From IMG/VR virus record IMGVR_UViG_2534681765_000010: 18,993 bases of DNA. The stretch is one strand, 5' to 3'. Positions within the stretch are counted from its first letter, which is position 1; each line of letters opens with the position of its first letter. Source of the DNA: a virus (Duplodnaviria > Heunggongvirae > Uroviricota > Caudoviricetes). Of the stretch, positions 1 to 8,297 are shown piece after piece. Made by a program: the position numbers and the translations under genes. A model generated the notes under the pieces. That model saw only the letters and a list, made by a program, of their open reading frames with translations, did not search any database and was not told the origin of the DNA.

Positions 1-175
1 TATCAATGATTTTCTGGTGCGTACCGGGTTGAGAAGCGGTGTAAGTGAACTGCAGTTGCCATGTTTTACGGCAGTGAGAGCAGAGATAGCGCTGATGTCC
101 GGCGGTGCTTTTGCCGTTACGCACCACCCCGTCAGTAGCTGAACAGGAGGGACAGCTGATAGAAACAGAAGCCAC
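1..175 (-). CDS. insA: IS1 InsA, N-terminal portion (cut by window edge)
   Basis: GTG start at 173-175 (rc); minus-strand translation [58 protein letters not shown] with a CxxC...CxxC zinc-finger pattern typical of InsA. Confidence 0.8.
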   Translation of the reverse strand, partial: MASVSISCPSCSATDGVVRNGKSTAGHQRYLCSHCRKTWQLQFTYTASQPGTHQKIID

Positions 176-230
176 TGGAGCACCTCAAAAACACCATCAT
201 ACACTAAATCAGTAAGTTGGCAGCATCACC
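1..230 (-). mobile_element. IS1 insertion sequence, partial (left-end ~230 bp; rest lies beyond window start)
   Basis: Reverse complement of 208-230 is ggtgatgctgccaacttactgat, which I recognise as the IS1 terminal inverted repeat; it is followed on the minus strand by the insA reading frame. Recognised from memory, not database-searched. Confidence 0.85.
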
Positions 231-583
231 CCGTTCATCATCTGCCACCAACACTGATGGCGCAGTGGTATTTTGGTGATGCCAGCAGCAAATTCCGTCC
301 TTACGTTGGGGCAGGTATTAACTACACCACCTTCTTTGATAATGGATTTAACGATCATGGCAAAGAGGCAGGGCTTTCCGATCTCAGTCTGAAAGATTCC
401 TGGGGAGCTGCCGGGCAGGTGGGGGTTGATTATCTGATTAACCGTGACTGGTTGGTTAACATGTCAGTGTGGTACATGGATATCGATACCACAGCCAGCT
501 ATAAATCTAACGGAACACCCGTGAAAGACGCGGTACGACTGGATCCGTGGGTGTTTATGTTCTCTGCCGGGTACCGCTTTTAA
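231..583 (+). pseudogene. ompW: ompW (outer membrane protein W), 3' portion only; 5' part displaced by the IS1 insertion
   Basis: Frame ending at taa 581-583 translates ...VHHLPPTLMAQWYFGDASSKFRPYVGAGINYTTFFDNG...DPWVFMFSAGYRF, matching the OmpW C-terminal half as I recall it. Upstream of 231 the same frame reads IS1 sequence and hits a stop at 140-142, so no OmpW N-terminus is present here. Confidence 0.8.
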
Positions 584-588
584 TTTTC

Positions 589-622
589 TCTGCAAAACCT
601 CTGCAAAACTCTTCTGCAAAAC
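589..622. repeat. Three direct repeats of tctgcaaaac (589-598, 600-609, 613-622) between ompW stop and integrase stop
   Basis: Read directly from sequence; the position next to the integrase 3' end fits integrase arm-type or att-associated sites. Confidence 0.6.
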
Positions 623-646
623 TGGTCGTCAAATGACCAGTTTTTT
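622..646. terminator. Rho-independent terminator hairpin (ctggtc-gtcaaat-gaccag + tttttt), likely terminating ompW; overlaps the integrase stop codon
   Basis: Perfect 6-bp stem 622-627 / 635-640 followed by a T-run 641-646 on the plus strand. Confidence 0.6.
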
Positions 647-1759
647 CCACTCCTTACCACGTGCATCGTTGTAAATATCGGTCATTTTTTGATTCGAATG
701 GCCAAGCAAAATTTGGGTGTCGATCCCTTGCTCCCTGAACAAACGCTCCGACAATGATCGCTGTTCATGGAAAGAGGGTGGGGTACCATTAGCGCACCAG
801 TTGTAATCTACAGAGTCCCGCGCTTTTTTAAATGCAACTGTTAACGTTGCTGGCTTAACCATCCCGCCGCGCTTGGCTGTCCCTTTCGCATGATGGTGGT
901 GCAATAGCCACGGACTAAGAACGCAATCGCGACAGGATGACGCCACATCATCCAGGGTGAGATTTAATTTATTGCAACGCAGAGCAAGAGGGATGGCAAT
1001 CCGGGTTCCTGTTTTTTGCTGTTCGACATGAAGATAACCATCCCGGATATCCGAAAATTGCATTTTGCAAATATCTGAAAGGCGCTGGCCTGTCATCAGT
1101 GCCAGCAGCATGCCGCGCTGTAAAAAGTAACCATCCTTTTCCGCTGCGTTATAAATCATCATCCACTCATCAAAAGTCAGTCGCTGCCTTGATATCCGCA
1201 CCTGCGGTTTTTTTGCCGATTCTGCAGGGTTAAAGCCTGGCGGAACATCGCCTGTTTGCTGGGCTTCCCGGAAAACATCGATCAGTACCTTCCTGAAAAT
1301 TTGTCCCATTCTGTTATGTCCTCTGGCCTTGTACTCTTCCAGCACCGATACCACATCTTTTACGGTTATGGCATCTAACGGTCTGGTGCCAAAACGTTCA
1401 TCAAATACCCTGAGAGGGGCCGCTTTTTGTTTCAGCGTGTTGAGTTTGATCTCTCCGTTTTCATATCTTTCCTGTTGAATTTTTCTGTAATTATTCAGAA
1501 AAATGGAAACGGTTGATGAACCGCCGGTATCATTAATAATTTTCTCCTGCAGACTGAGCATTTGTTTCATTTGCTGCCTGGCAAGACGGCTGTTCGCTTC
1601 TGCTGCAATAGTTTCTGCCAGTTTCTGGTCAATACTGCCGAGACCGTGATTTTTGCCTGTTATGGGATGCCTGTAACGCCAGTAAACTTTGTTATTTCTT
1701 TTGTCAAAATACGGAGATAATCCCGGAACATCAGTTTTATATTTTCGCGGGCGCGCCAT
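629..1759 (-). CDS. int: Phage integrase, tyrosine recombinase family
   Basis: 376-aa ORF; R-box-like TGQRLSDI and C-terminal LLGHSNQKMTDIYND with the catalytic Tyr; sits at the prophage end next to the att-like region and overlaps the xis start. Confidence 0.9.
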   Translation of the reverse strand: MARPRKYKTDVPGLSPYFDKRNNKVYWRYRHPITGKNHGLGSIDQKLAETIAAEANSRLARQQMKQMLSLQEKIINDTGGSSTVSIFLNNYRKIQQERYENGEIKLNTLKQKAAPLRVFDERFGTRPLDAITVKDVVSVLEEYKARGHNRMGQIFRKVLIDVFREAQQTGDVPPGFNPAESAKKPQVRISRQRLTFDEWMMIYNAAEKDGYFLQRGMLLALMTGQRLSDICKMQFSDIRDGYLHVEQQKTGTRIAIPLALRCNKLNLTLDDVASSCRDCVLSPWLLHHHHAKGTAKRGGMVKPATLTVAFKKARDSVDYNWCANGTPPSFHEQRSLSERLFREQGIDTQILLGHSNQKMTDIYNDARGKEWKKLVI

Positions 1760-1985
1760 CTTCCAGTATCCTCTTCAAGGCTGGGTGATCTGTAGCGATC
1801 ACCTCCGGCTTGTTTACCATTCCGACAAAGCGAGCTCGCGGATCCACTCGCCAGTGTCTCCCAACTTTTTTGGGAAGAGGAAATATCATTCCGGCTTTAG
1901 CGTATTTACTTAACGTGCCCGGAGTAGGGACCGGATCGCTGAATTCCTCTTTTGCCCACTCAGTGAGCAGAATAAGTCTTGCCAT
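1737..1985 (-). CDS. xis: Excisionase-like small DNA-binding protein
   Basis: 82-aa ORF directly upstream of and overlapping int by 23 nt; N-terminal MARLILLTEWAKEEFSDPVPTPGTLSKYAKAG resembles lambdoid Xis proteins. Confidence 0.7.
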   Translation of the reverse strand: MARLILLTEWAKEEFSDPVPTPGTLSKYAKAGMIFPLPKKVGRHWRVDPRARFVGMVNKPEVIATDHPALKRILEDGAPAKI

Positions 1986-2049
1986 GAGCGTCGTTCGCTA
2001 ATCATGGTCGTCGCCACTATAGCTGGTGGGCGACGACCGGGGTTGAACA

Positions 2050-2829
2050 TTAAAAATCAGCCTGACTCGGGATCAGTTTTTGCCAGATAGCTGAAACGTA
2101 TTTTGCCTGGTAACGGGCGTCATCAAGTGCATTATGGCGCTCACCTTCGAATGGAATAGCCGTTCTGGCATCGAAGCCTATGGCTTTCCCCAGCTCAACG
2201 ATTGTGCGTACATCGCGATCGTTGTAGTAACGCCACGGGCAGGGGATCCCCTGCCGTTCGTATGAACGGCGCAAAATCGTGTTGTCGAAGTTGGCTCCAT
2301 TTCCCCAGACCTGAACAAAAAATTCACCGGAGTTTTCGTCGATAAATTCCCGCAATTGTAACAGTGCATCATCTAACGGGATTTCATCGGTCATAATGGC
2401 AGATTGCGCTTCGCGTGATTGCTTAAGCCACCATTTAATGGTGTCCCGATCAATGACTCCGCCAGCAGTTTCCAGATCGATAGTCTTACTAAATTCCGGT
2501 CCCATATCTCCGGTTTGCGGATCGAAAAATATTGCACCTATTGAGATAATCGGGGCATCGGGATTTTTTCCCATGGTTTCAAGGTCGATCATCAGATGAA
2601 TCCCCGCTCTGCTGGTGGATGTGAGATTATGATGACCGTTTGCCTTAATTAAGGGATCTGACGCCTCGCCAGTTTCACTATCGCTGGCATGATGCTGATT
2701 GCCGCCAGTGTTCTCCTTGTGCTGATGCGCAGTGCCTTCCATTTCCTCCGGATCATTTTCCTGAACTTCAGGCTGATTCTCTCCATCGAATATTTCCTGG
2801 TATGTTGCGTCCCCATCACCGCACCACAA
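2050..2829 (-). CDS. Protein with C-terminal DEDD-type 3'-5' exonuclease-like domain; acidic low-complexity N-terminus, possibly frameshifted from the upstream ORF
   Basis: 259-aa ORF with TTG start; motifs [11 protein letters not shown] ... VWGNGANFD ... [10 protein letters not shown] resemble the three Exo motifs of DnaQ-like exonucleases. Confidence 0.55.
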   Translation of the reverse strand: MWCGDGDATYQEIFDGENQPEVQENDPEEMEGTAHQHKENTGGNQHHASDSETGEASDPLIKANGHHNLTSTSRAGIHLMIDLETMGKNPDAPIISIGAIFFDPQTGDMGPEFSKTIDLETAGGVIDRDTIKWWLKQSREAQSAIMTDEIPLDDALLQLREFIDENSGEFFVQVWGNGANFDNTILRRSYERQGIPCPWRYYNDRDVRTIVELGKAIGFDARTAIPFEGERHNALDDARYQAKYVSAIWQKLIPSQADF

Positions 2830-3547
2830 TCAGGGCAGTTGCCGCCACCGCTCTGACCGCAGGCGGTGCAGATCTTTTCCGGTTCCTGTTGCCTACTGGT
2901 TCAGGTTGTTTCGTTTCTGGCTCGTTTTGTTGCGTATTTGGGCTGTTTTGTTCCGCTTTCTGGTCGTTCTGTTCCGTTTCTTGCTGGTTCTGGTTCACAG
3001 AATCGCGGGTTTCAATCCCCTTCACCCATTTCGGATCATTCGGGTCGCTAATCCCTTCAATAAATTCACCACGTGATGCAGCAAGCAACTTATCGGCGTC
3101 AGGCTGGCTGATATTGGCTGCCTGCATAATTTTGTTTACTTCGTCAGCGGTAACTTTTACCGGTTCTGGCTGTGCGGTCGTGTCAGATGCACCAGTATTT
3201 TGTTGTGAACCTGAGCATGTACTGTTTTTGCGGGCGAAATATTCTTCTTTCGTGATTTCAGTAGCCCCGGCAGCCAGCGCCTTATCCAGACCAGAAAGTT
3301 TGTTTGCGCGACCGTATTTTTCGCCATCCTTGTCGGTGAAGAGGAAGTAGAACGGCCCCTCACGCTCTACAGATGGTTCGACTTCCACTTTGCATTCGGT
3401 TTTTTCGTTGTCCGGAATTGCCGTTTCCACTGCATCAGTTTCTGGTACTGGCGACGAGAGAGTATCAGTTGCGCTCTGATTTGTTCCTTCATCTTCAAAC
3501 ACGCCCTTTGTAGTCAGGTATTCAGTAATGTATTTGTTCAGTGCCAC
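2816..3547 (-). CDS. Hypothetical early-left protein, Gln/Glu-rich C-terminus; C-terminal end probably out of frame
   Basis: 243-aa ORF with GTG start; overlaps the downstream exonuclease-domain ORF by 14 nt; a third frame in the overlap zone encodes a zinc-ribbon-like [17 protein letters not shown]. Confidence 0.45.
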   Translation of the reverse strand: MALNKYITEYLTTKGVFEDEGTNQSATDTLSSPVPETDAVETAIPDNEKTECKVEVEPSVEREGPFYFLFTDKDGEKYGRANKLSGLDKALAAGATEITKEEYFARKNSTCSGSQQNTGASDTTAQPEPVKVTADEVNKIMQAANISQPDADKLLAASRGEFIEGISDPNDPKWVKGIETRDSVNQNQQETEQNDQKAEQNSPNTQQNEPETKQPEPVGNRNRKRSAPPAVRAVAATALIVVR

Positions 3548-4530
3548 AGGTCTTTGTGAATGTCGATCGGACGTTCACGACAAGGCCAAAAATAGTCTGG
3601 CGGTCGTAGCGAAGGGATCAGGCTGTTTGCGCATTGATGCCGAGATACGCTTCCAGTCTTCGCGGTCGTTGTGATAACTTCATTTTTTGCCCAGCGATGG
3701 ATGCTGCCGCAATGTTTCCGGCATCATCACCAGGCCAAGAGCGTAGGCCAGTTCTCATCCAGTGTTTTCCATGTCTGCTTGTATTCGCGATGAATGGCAG
3801 CAATGACCGGGTTGATTTTTCCTGTTGAATTTTCAGTGTCTGTTGATTGGCTCTGGCGCGGGCGAGATCAACAACAGACGTGTATTTTCCGGTTTCCTTG
3901 CGTTCACCTTCGCGACGTTTTTTCCAGATGCGCATCTCTGCTGAATTTCGGGCCATTTGGCACCAGGCTTACATTTATGCTTAACCCACCCGATGGCATG
4001 CAGCTTAAGCTCCGGATACATGGCGTTAACTTCTGGCATTTTCATCAACGCTTCAACGATATGTCCGTCGAATGTTGCCATGTCTTCCTGCAACAATTCC
4101 TGCGCGCTAATCACCATATCAACGGTGATTTTTCACATGTGTCGAACTTAACCATGACAGCGTTCTGTACTTCAGGGGCCAGCTTGTCAAAAGTGACGTT
4201 CATCGGATCTGATTCAGTCTCAACCGGGACAAAGGAAGCAGACTCCTCATCCCAGCGGTTTTCCTGCATATATTCAGCATCCCAGGAATCGAGGGCAGGG
4301 CGGGGTATACCGGGTTTATCCTCGCAAACAAGAAATTTATAAGCGCAGTCCTGAGCAGCCGGATAATGTTCCAGGAATTGCCAGTGAAATTTTGCGCGGG
4401 CGCGACGTTCATCACCGGCTTCAATGGCAGTGGCTACAGTGACGGCACCTTCTTCCTTTATTGCCTGTTCGTCCGGAATGGCGGCGCAAATAAAGACTGA
4501 TCTTACCCAGCAATAGTGGACACGCGGCTA
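3548..4530 (-). other. Fragmented early-left coding region: protein-like reading frames that switch frame at homopolymer runs and lack start codons (decayed genes or indel errors)
   Basis: Frame ending at 4111 reads ...FHWQFLEHYPAAQDCAYKFLVCEDKPGIPRPALDSWDAEYMQENRW... with no ATG/GTG/TTG start back to the in-frame stop; ORFs 3833-4117 and 3618-3956 overlap by about 120 nt in different frames. Confidence 0.3.
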
Positions 4531-4587
4531 AGTGAGTAAACTCTCAGTCAGAGGTGACTGGCATATAAAAATGAAACCGGATATTAA

Positions 4588-4800
4588 TTACGGTGCTGTT
4601 TTAAGTCCTGCCGGGATTTCGTTATTATCCATGTGAATAACTTTATCGACCGGATAACAGTTACCGGGAATTTTCTGTTCCACTGCGGCAACCATGCATT
4701 CTTTCATTGAGCCGTATACGCCAGTAACCATGTCAACCGGTTCACCGGAAACAAGAAAAACCGTCAGAACAAGTGCAAATGTAGTATTCATTGCCAGCAT
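4588..4800 (-). CDS. Small hypothetical protein with N-terminal hydrophobic (signal-like) segment
   Basis: Internal ATGs at 4798-4800 and 4789-4791 (rc) preceded by aagga; MNTTFALVLTVFLVSGEPVD... The longer track ORF (to 4845) probably over-extends. Confidence 0.4.
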   Translation of the reverse strand: MLAMNTTFALVLTVFLVSGEPVDMVTGVYGSMKECMVAAVEQKIPGNCYPVDKVIHMDNNEIPAGLKTAP

Positions 4801-4994
4801 CCTTTTTGCATCAGGCGTAAACGGGCCAGCATTGAAACAATGCATATTTTATCCAATAGCTCCCGTTCTTGTTTCCTCTTGTTAATGGCATCTTCAGTAA
4901 ATACTGGGTTACTGATAGTGACACCAATTTCAAAACAACCTTCAGACGTATTAACGTTTGGTAATAACGTTTTCATTATCGCACCCTCAACAAT

Positions 4995-5140
4995 GAATTT
5001 TGTGATGCGGTGCCTGGTGCCTCCAGGTGACGTTAACCAGTTAACAATTAACGCCGGATACAGAGAACCCATCCATAACACTGTTTTTGGTTTTAACTGT
5101 TCCGCGTGCGCTCAGCCGCATTCACCGCATCACAAAATTC
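4995..5140. repeat. Perfect 18-bp inverted repeat gaattttgtgatgcggtg (4995-5012) / caccgcatcacaaaattc (5123-5140) flanking a 110-bp palindrome-rich spacer
   Basis: Read directly; spacer contains gttaaccagttaac and cctggtgcctccagg. Confidence 0.7.
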
Positions 5141-5538
5141 ACTTTAAAAAGGGCAGCAGAGCAGTCACGGAGTAAAACTGATACCACCAAACGTCACCAG
5201 AAAATTGATAACAGAGGGCGTTGCAGCGGGGTTGTCACTTAAGCGTATGGTCAACCTGGCAACCCGGTGTCTCAATGGGGGAGGAATAACCCCGCCATAC
5301 TTACCGCCGCGCCATTTCGCGGAGTGCCACAACCGGAAGCGCACGGTCGAATTAAATTTAACGACACCGTACAGTGAGACGAACTTCGCCGTGCGCTTTC
5401 GCGTTATGCCCTGGCTTTTCAGGGATATATCCTTTCAGTAAACTGTCAGTACCGGATTCTTATCCGTGTCCGGCGCACGACCACACGTGGCAGCGTGTTG
5501 GTCTCCATTTTTAACCCAGAACCTCAATGGAGGATAAA

Positions 5539-5748
5539 ATGCCAAACAAAAAAAGAAATCCGCTTATTGAAAAACAGATTGAATGCCTGGTAAATCAACT
5601 CAGGCAATCAGGGTTATTAAAAACTCATTCAGAGTTGAGGCTCACAGAATCAGCATTCGACGATAAATTAAATAATGTCCTTTATAATGGCATTATTGAT
5701 TTTAATCGTTCAGTTGGTCGCCTCGGCCCTGCTGGTGTTTCCTTATAA
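5539..5748 (+). CDS. Small hypothetical protein (69 aa), AT-rich, abuts the convergent 216-aa gene stop-to-stop
   Basis: ggagg RBS 7 nt upstream of ATG 5539; MPNKKRNPLIEKQIECLVNQLRQSGLL... Confidence 0.45.
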   Translation: MPNKKRNPLIEKQIECLVNQLRQSGLLKTHSELRLTESAFDDKLNNVLYNGIIDFNRSVGRLGPAGVSL

Positions 5749-6399
5749 TTACCAGTCAATCCAGAGCGGACCGTGTTCAGCGTAAATATAACTGTACACA
5801 TCCAGATTATATTTGTGGTCTGTTAAGAACAGGCCGCAAATACATGCCGAAGCTTCCAGGGCAGCGGCTCTGTTACTGAATAACCATGTGGCAACATTCC
5901 AGCGTTTTTCTGCATCCCAGTCTTTCTCAAGGCCTGATACCATGAAGAAACCGTTAGTGTTGCCATCAAATAATTCTGTTTCCAGATTTTTAAGCAATGC
6001 CTGATGGACTCTTGCCAGGTATTCCGCCGGAATTTCGCCACGAATTCTGATGAGATTGTCATAAACAAACATGTTCCCCGCATATGGCGATTTTTCTTTC
6101 TTGTTTTTTAAACCAGCATCATGAGCAAACTGATCAATTTCTTCTTCCGTTGGTTTCGTATTGATGTTTTGCGCTGTCGTTTCTGCAATTTTATTTGCCA
6201 CACTATCTGAGTCGTGTTTATTTACAGACGCACAGAAATACAATCCGGTAAACGCATCGCGCACATTACGAGCCATATTATCAGTGTCTTTTTTCGTTAC
6301 CGATTCCAATGCAAGTTCGTTCAGACGATGACGAAGTGTGTGTGCTGCAATCTCCTGGATTGAAGTAGGTAAATCTTTAAATTCCATCGTCAACCTCAT
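5749..6399 (-). CDS. Hypothetical 216-aa soluble protein, second gene of a small operon downstream of the repressor gene (rex-slot cargo)
   Basis: Long ORF with codon-like composition; start overlaps the upstream small ORF stop (TGATG); alternative start MEFKDL with a gagg RBS. Confidence 0.6.
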   Translation of the reverse strand: MRLTMEFKDLPTSIQEIAAHTLRHRLNELALESVTKKDTDNMARNVRDAFTGLYFCASVNKHDSDSVANKIAETTAQNINTKPTEEEIDQFAHDAGLKNKKEKSPYAGNMFVYDNLIRIRGEIPAEYLARVHQALLKNLETELFDGNTNGFFMVSGLEKDWDAEKRWNVATWLFSNRAAALEASACICGLFLTDHKYNLDVYSYIYAEHGPLWIDW

Positions 6400-6632
6400 C
6401 AGTCAGAGTTTCTTGCTAACCAGCGATGCGCGCCAGCTTCGGTTTTAAACGTTTTGCTTTTGGTATACGTCATCGCGGTGAACGTGCCGTCCTGGTTGGG
6501 AAACACGCCGCACACCAGAGATTCGTTGTTGCCAAGATCGATAGTATCCATGTTGACCTCATTTCCCCTTAACGCCGGGGTAGCGGAACAAAAACCTGCT
6601 GCATAGTTATTAAAGTTGAACCCTGCCGTCAT
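6399..6632 (-). CDS. Small hypothetical protein (77 aa, or 50 aa from internal start at 6551)
   Basis: ORF translationally coupled to the 216-aa gene; internal start MDTIDLG has a good gagg RBS. Confidence 0.4.
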   Translation of the reverse strand: MTAGFNFNNYAAGFCSATPALRGNEVNMDTIDLGNNESLVCGVFPNQDGTFTAMTYTKSKTFKTEAGAHRWLARNSD

Positions 6633-6843
6633 GTTCTTACGCCTCGGGCTGGCTACTTAACCCCTGACCACTGCCGGGTAACTCGAAGTATTGCCCTGCA
6701 TTCTGTGGGGTGGAGTGAGGGAATGAATGAGGTTTAGAAAAATGAACTTTACAGGTCAATGTTTTTTTATCAAAACATTTTAAGCAGGCAGCTGTTAAGC
6801 CATCACCACGATGGCATACAGTTAATCAAATAGATGAGGTTGG

Positions 6844-7482
6844 TTAAATATCTTGTTGAATTTTAAAGCATACGCCCAATATGCAAGATAGATCATCCAG
6901 CATAATTGAAGGGTAGCGAGGATTCGTGGGGACTAAAAGAATATCCGGCCCTTCTATCTCCAGTTTACGAATGACAGGTGTTGTGGTCCCTTTGGGTAAG
7001 GCAAGGACAATATTTCCTGGTTGTACGGTTCGATCGGGATCAACAAAAACTGTTGAACCATTTGGGATGGAAACTCCCCCACCAGATGTTGACATACTGT
7101 CACTCTCTAGAACAACTGCAAAGGTATTGGCCGGGATTTCTCCGACAAGCTGCACACAAGAGGTTATTGAGGAATTTTTCATATAATCACTCCAGCTTGC
7201 TGCCTGCTGAAGTGATAGTAGCGGAACCGTTTTTATCGGCGGTAAAGATAGATCAAGCGAATCACCTGTATTTAACTCTCCTCCATTAAGAAGCCAATTT
7301 TCGTTTACTTTCAATATCTTTGCCAGTGAACTTATGTAACGCGAGGACGGCGCTCCTCCACCGTTCATCCATTGACTTACGGAGCCTTTTGATGCGCCAG
7401 TGGCATTGACAAGGTCTTTGCCTTTCAGGTTTAGCGCATGCATACGTTGGGTTATGCGTTCAGATATTGTTTGCTTGCTCAT
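6844..7482 (-). CDS. cI: CI-like prophage repressor (N-terminal HTH, C-terminal LexA/S24-like autocleavage domain)
   Basis: 212 aa; N-terminal LNLKGKDLVNATGASKGSVSQWMNG helix-turn-helix; C-terminal Ser (VLESDSMS) and Lys (VIRKLE) consistent with an S24 Ser-Lys dyad; divergent from the Cro-like gene across an operator-like intergenic region. Confidence 0.85.
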   Translation of the reverse strand: MSKQTISERITQRMHALNLKGKDLVNATGASKGSVSQWMNGGGAPSSRYISSLAKILKVNENWLLNGGELNTGDSLDLSLPPIKTVPLLSLQQAASWSDYMKNSSITSCVQLVGEIPANTFAVVLESDSMSTSGGGVSIPNGSTVFVDPDRTVQPGNIVLALPKGTTTPVIRKLEIEGPDILLVPTNPRYPSIMLDDLSCILGVCFKIQQDI

Positions 7483-7544
7483 GTTTTGATTTTAAAACAC
7501 AGATGGTTTTGTTTCTTGACTTTCTTTGGTTTTGATTATTAAAC
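7483..7544. promoter_or_regulatory. Immunity-region operator/promoter: two 16-bp sites gttttgattttaaaac (7483-7498) and gttttgattattaaac (7529-7544) with a ttgact -35-like hexamer at 7516-7521
   Basis: Repeated partially palindromic sites between divergent repressor and Cro-like genes, read directly. Confidence 0.5.
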
Positions 7545-7573
7545 TTTTGGCGTTCAGTTTTATGGAGCGACTC

Positions 7574-7804
7574 ATGAAAAAATCAGAAGTATTAGGCTAT
7601 TTTGGCGGAGTTGTTAAAACAGCCGCAGTTCTAGGAACGTCAAAAACCACAGTCAGCATGTGGGGGGAAGAGGTTCCGTGGAAATGGGCGTTGCTAATTC
7701 AGGCAGTCACTGCCGGGGCGCTCAAATATGAGTTACACATACCGACGGTTGTCATTCCCGGTTCTGATCATAATCCGCCTTCTAACCAAGGGGGGGATTC
7801 ATGA
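7574..7804 (+). CDS. Cro-like / YdaS-family HTH protein
   Basis: ATG 7574 with ggag RBS; MKKSEVLGYFGGVVKTAAVLGTSKTTVSMW... HTH; divergent from the repressor; stop overlaps the next start (ATGA). Confidence 0.7.
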   Translation: MKKSEVLGYFGGVVKTAAVLGTSKTTVSMWGEEVPWKWALLIQAVTAGALKYELHIPTVVIPGSDHNPPSNQGGDS

Positions 7805-8226
7805 AAATCAAGCATGAACACATCCGCATGGCGATGAATGCCTGGGCGCGTCCTGATGGCGAAAAAGTTCCAGCAGCTGGAATAACCCAGGCTTATTTTG
7901 AGTTGGGTATGACGTTCCCAGAACTGTATGACGACAGCCATCCGGAAGCCCTGGCTCGCAATACCCAGAAAATTTTCCGCTGGATAGAGAAAGACACCCC
8001 TGATGCAGTTGAAAAAATTCAGGCGTTGTTACCAGCGATCGAAAAGGCAATGCCACCTTTGCTGGTGGCCAGAATGCGCAGCCACAGTTCAGCTTATTTT
8101 CGGGAGCTGGTGGAGACGCGGGAGCGACTGGTGAGAGACGCTGATGATTTTGTCGCAGTGGCAATCGCCGGTTTCAATCAGATGAACCGTGGTGGCCCGG
8201 CAGGAAATGCTGTGGCAGTGCATTGA
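7801..8226 (+). CDS. YdaT-like (CII-analogue) regulatory protein
   Basis: 141 aa beginning MKIKHEHI, as I recall for Rac prophage YdaT; immediately follows the Cro-like gene. Confidence 0.65.
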   Translation: MKIKHEHIRMAMNAWARPDGEKVPAAGITQAYFELGMTFPELYDDSHPEALARNTQKIFRWIEKDTPDAVEKIQALLPAIEKAMPPLLVARMRSHSSAYFRELVETRERLVRDADDFVAVAIAGFNQMNRGGPAGNAVAVH

Positions 8227-8297
8227 GTGATAATAGCCATATCGAATCACTTCCGGCAACTCGTGAGTAAAAAGATTCGGTATCAGAAGAGGTGAGT

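Noticed and set aside
1689-2001. Plus-strand ORFs 1689-1913 and 1810-2001
   Set aside because: Antisense shadow ORFs lying inside the int and xis genes; no RBS or recognisable motifs.
2802-3350. Plus-strand ORFs 2802-3350 and 2866-3051 (Cys/Phe-rich translation)
   Set aside because: Opposite-strand shadows of the 2816-3547 gene; low-complexity translation typical of antisense reading.
5205-5441. ORF 5205-5441 (78 aa)
   Set aside because: Spans a region of GC-rich palindromes and a long hairpin; translation is not protein-like and there is no RBS. Treated as non-coding structured DNA/RNA.
5176-5538. Possible retron (structured non-coding region with inverted repeats)
   Set aside because: No reverse-transcriptase gene nearby and no recognisable msr/msd arrangement.
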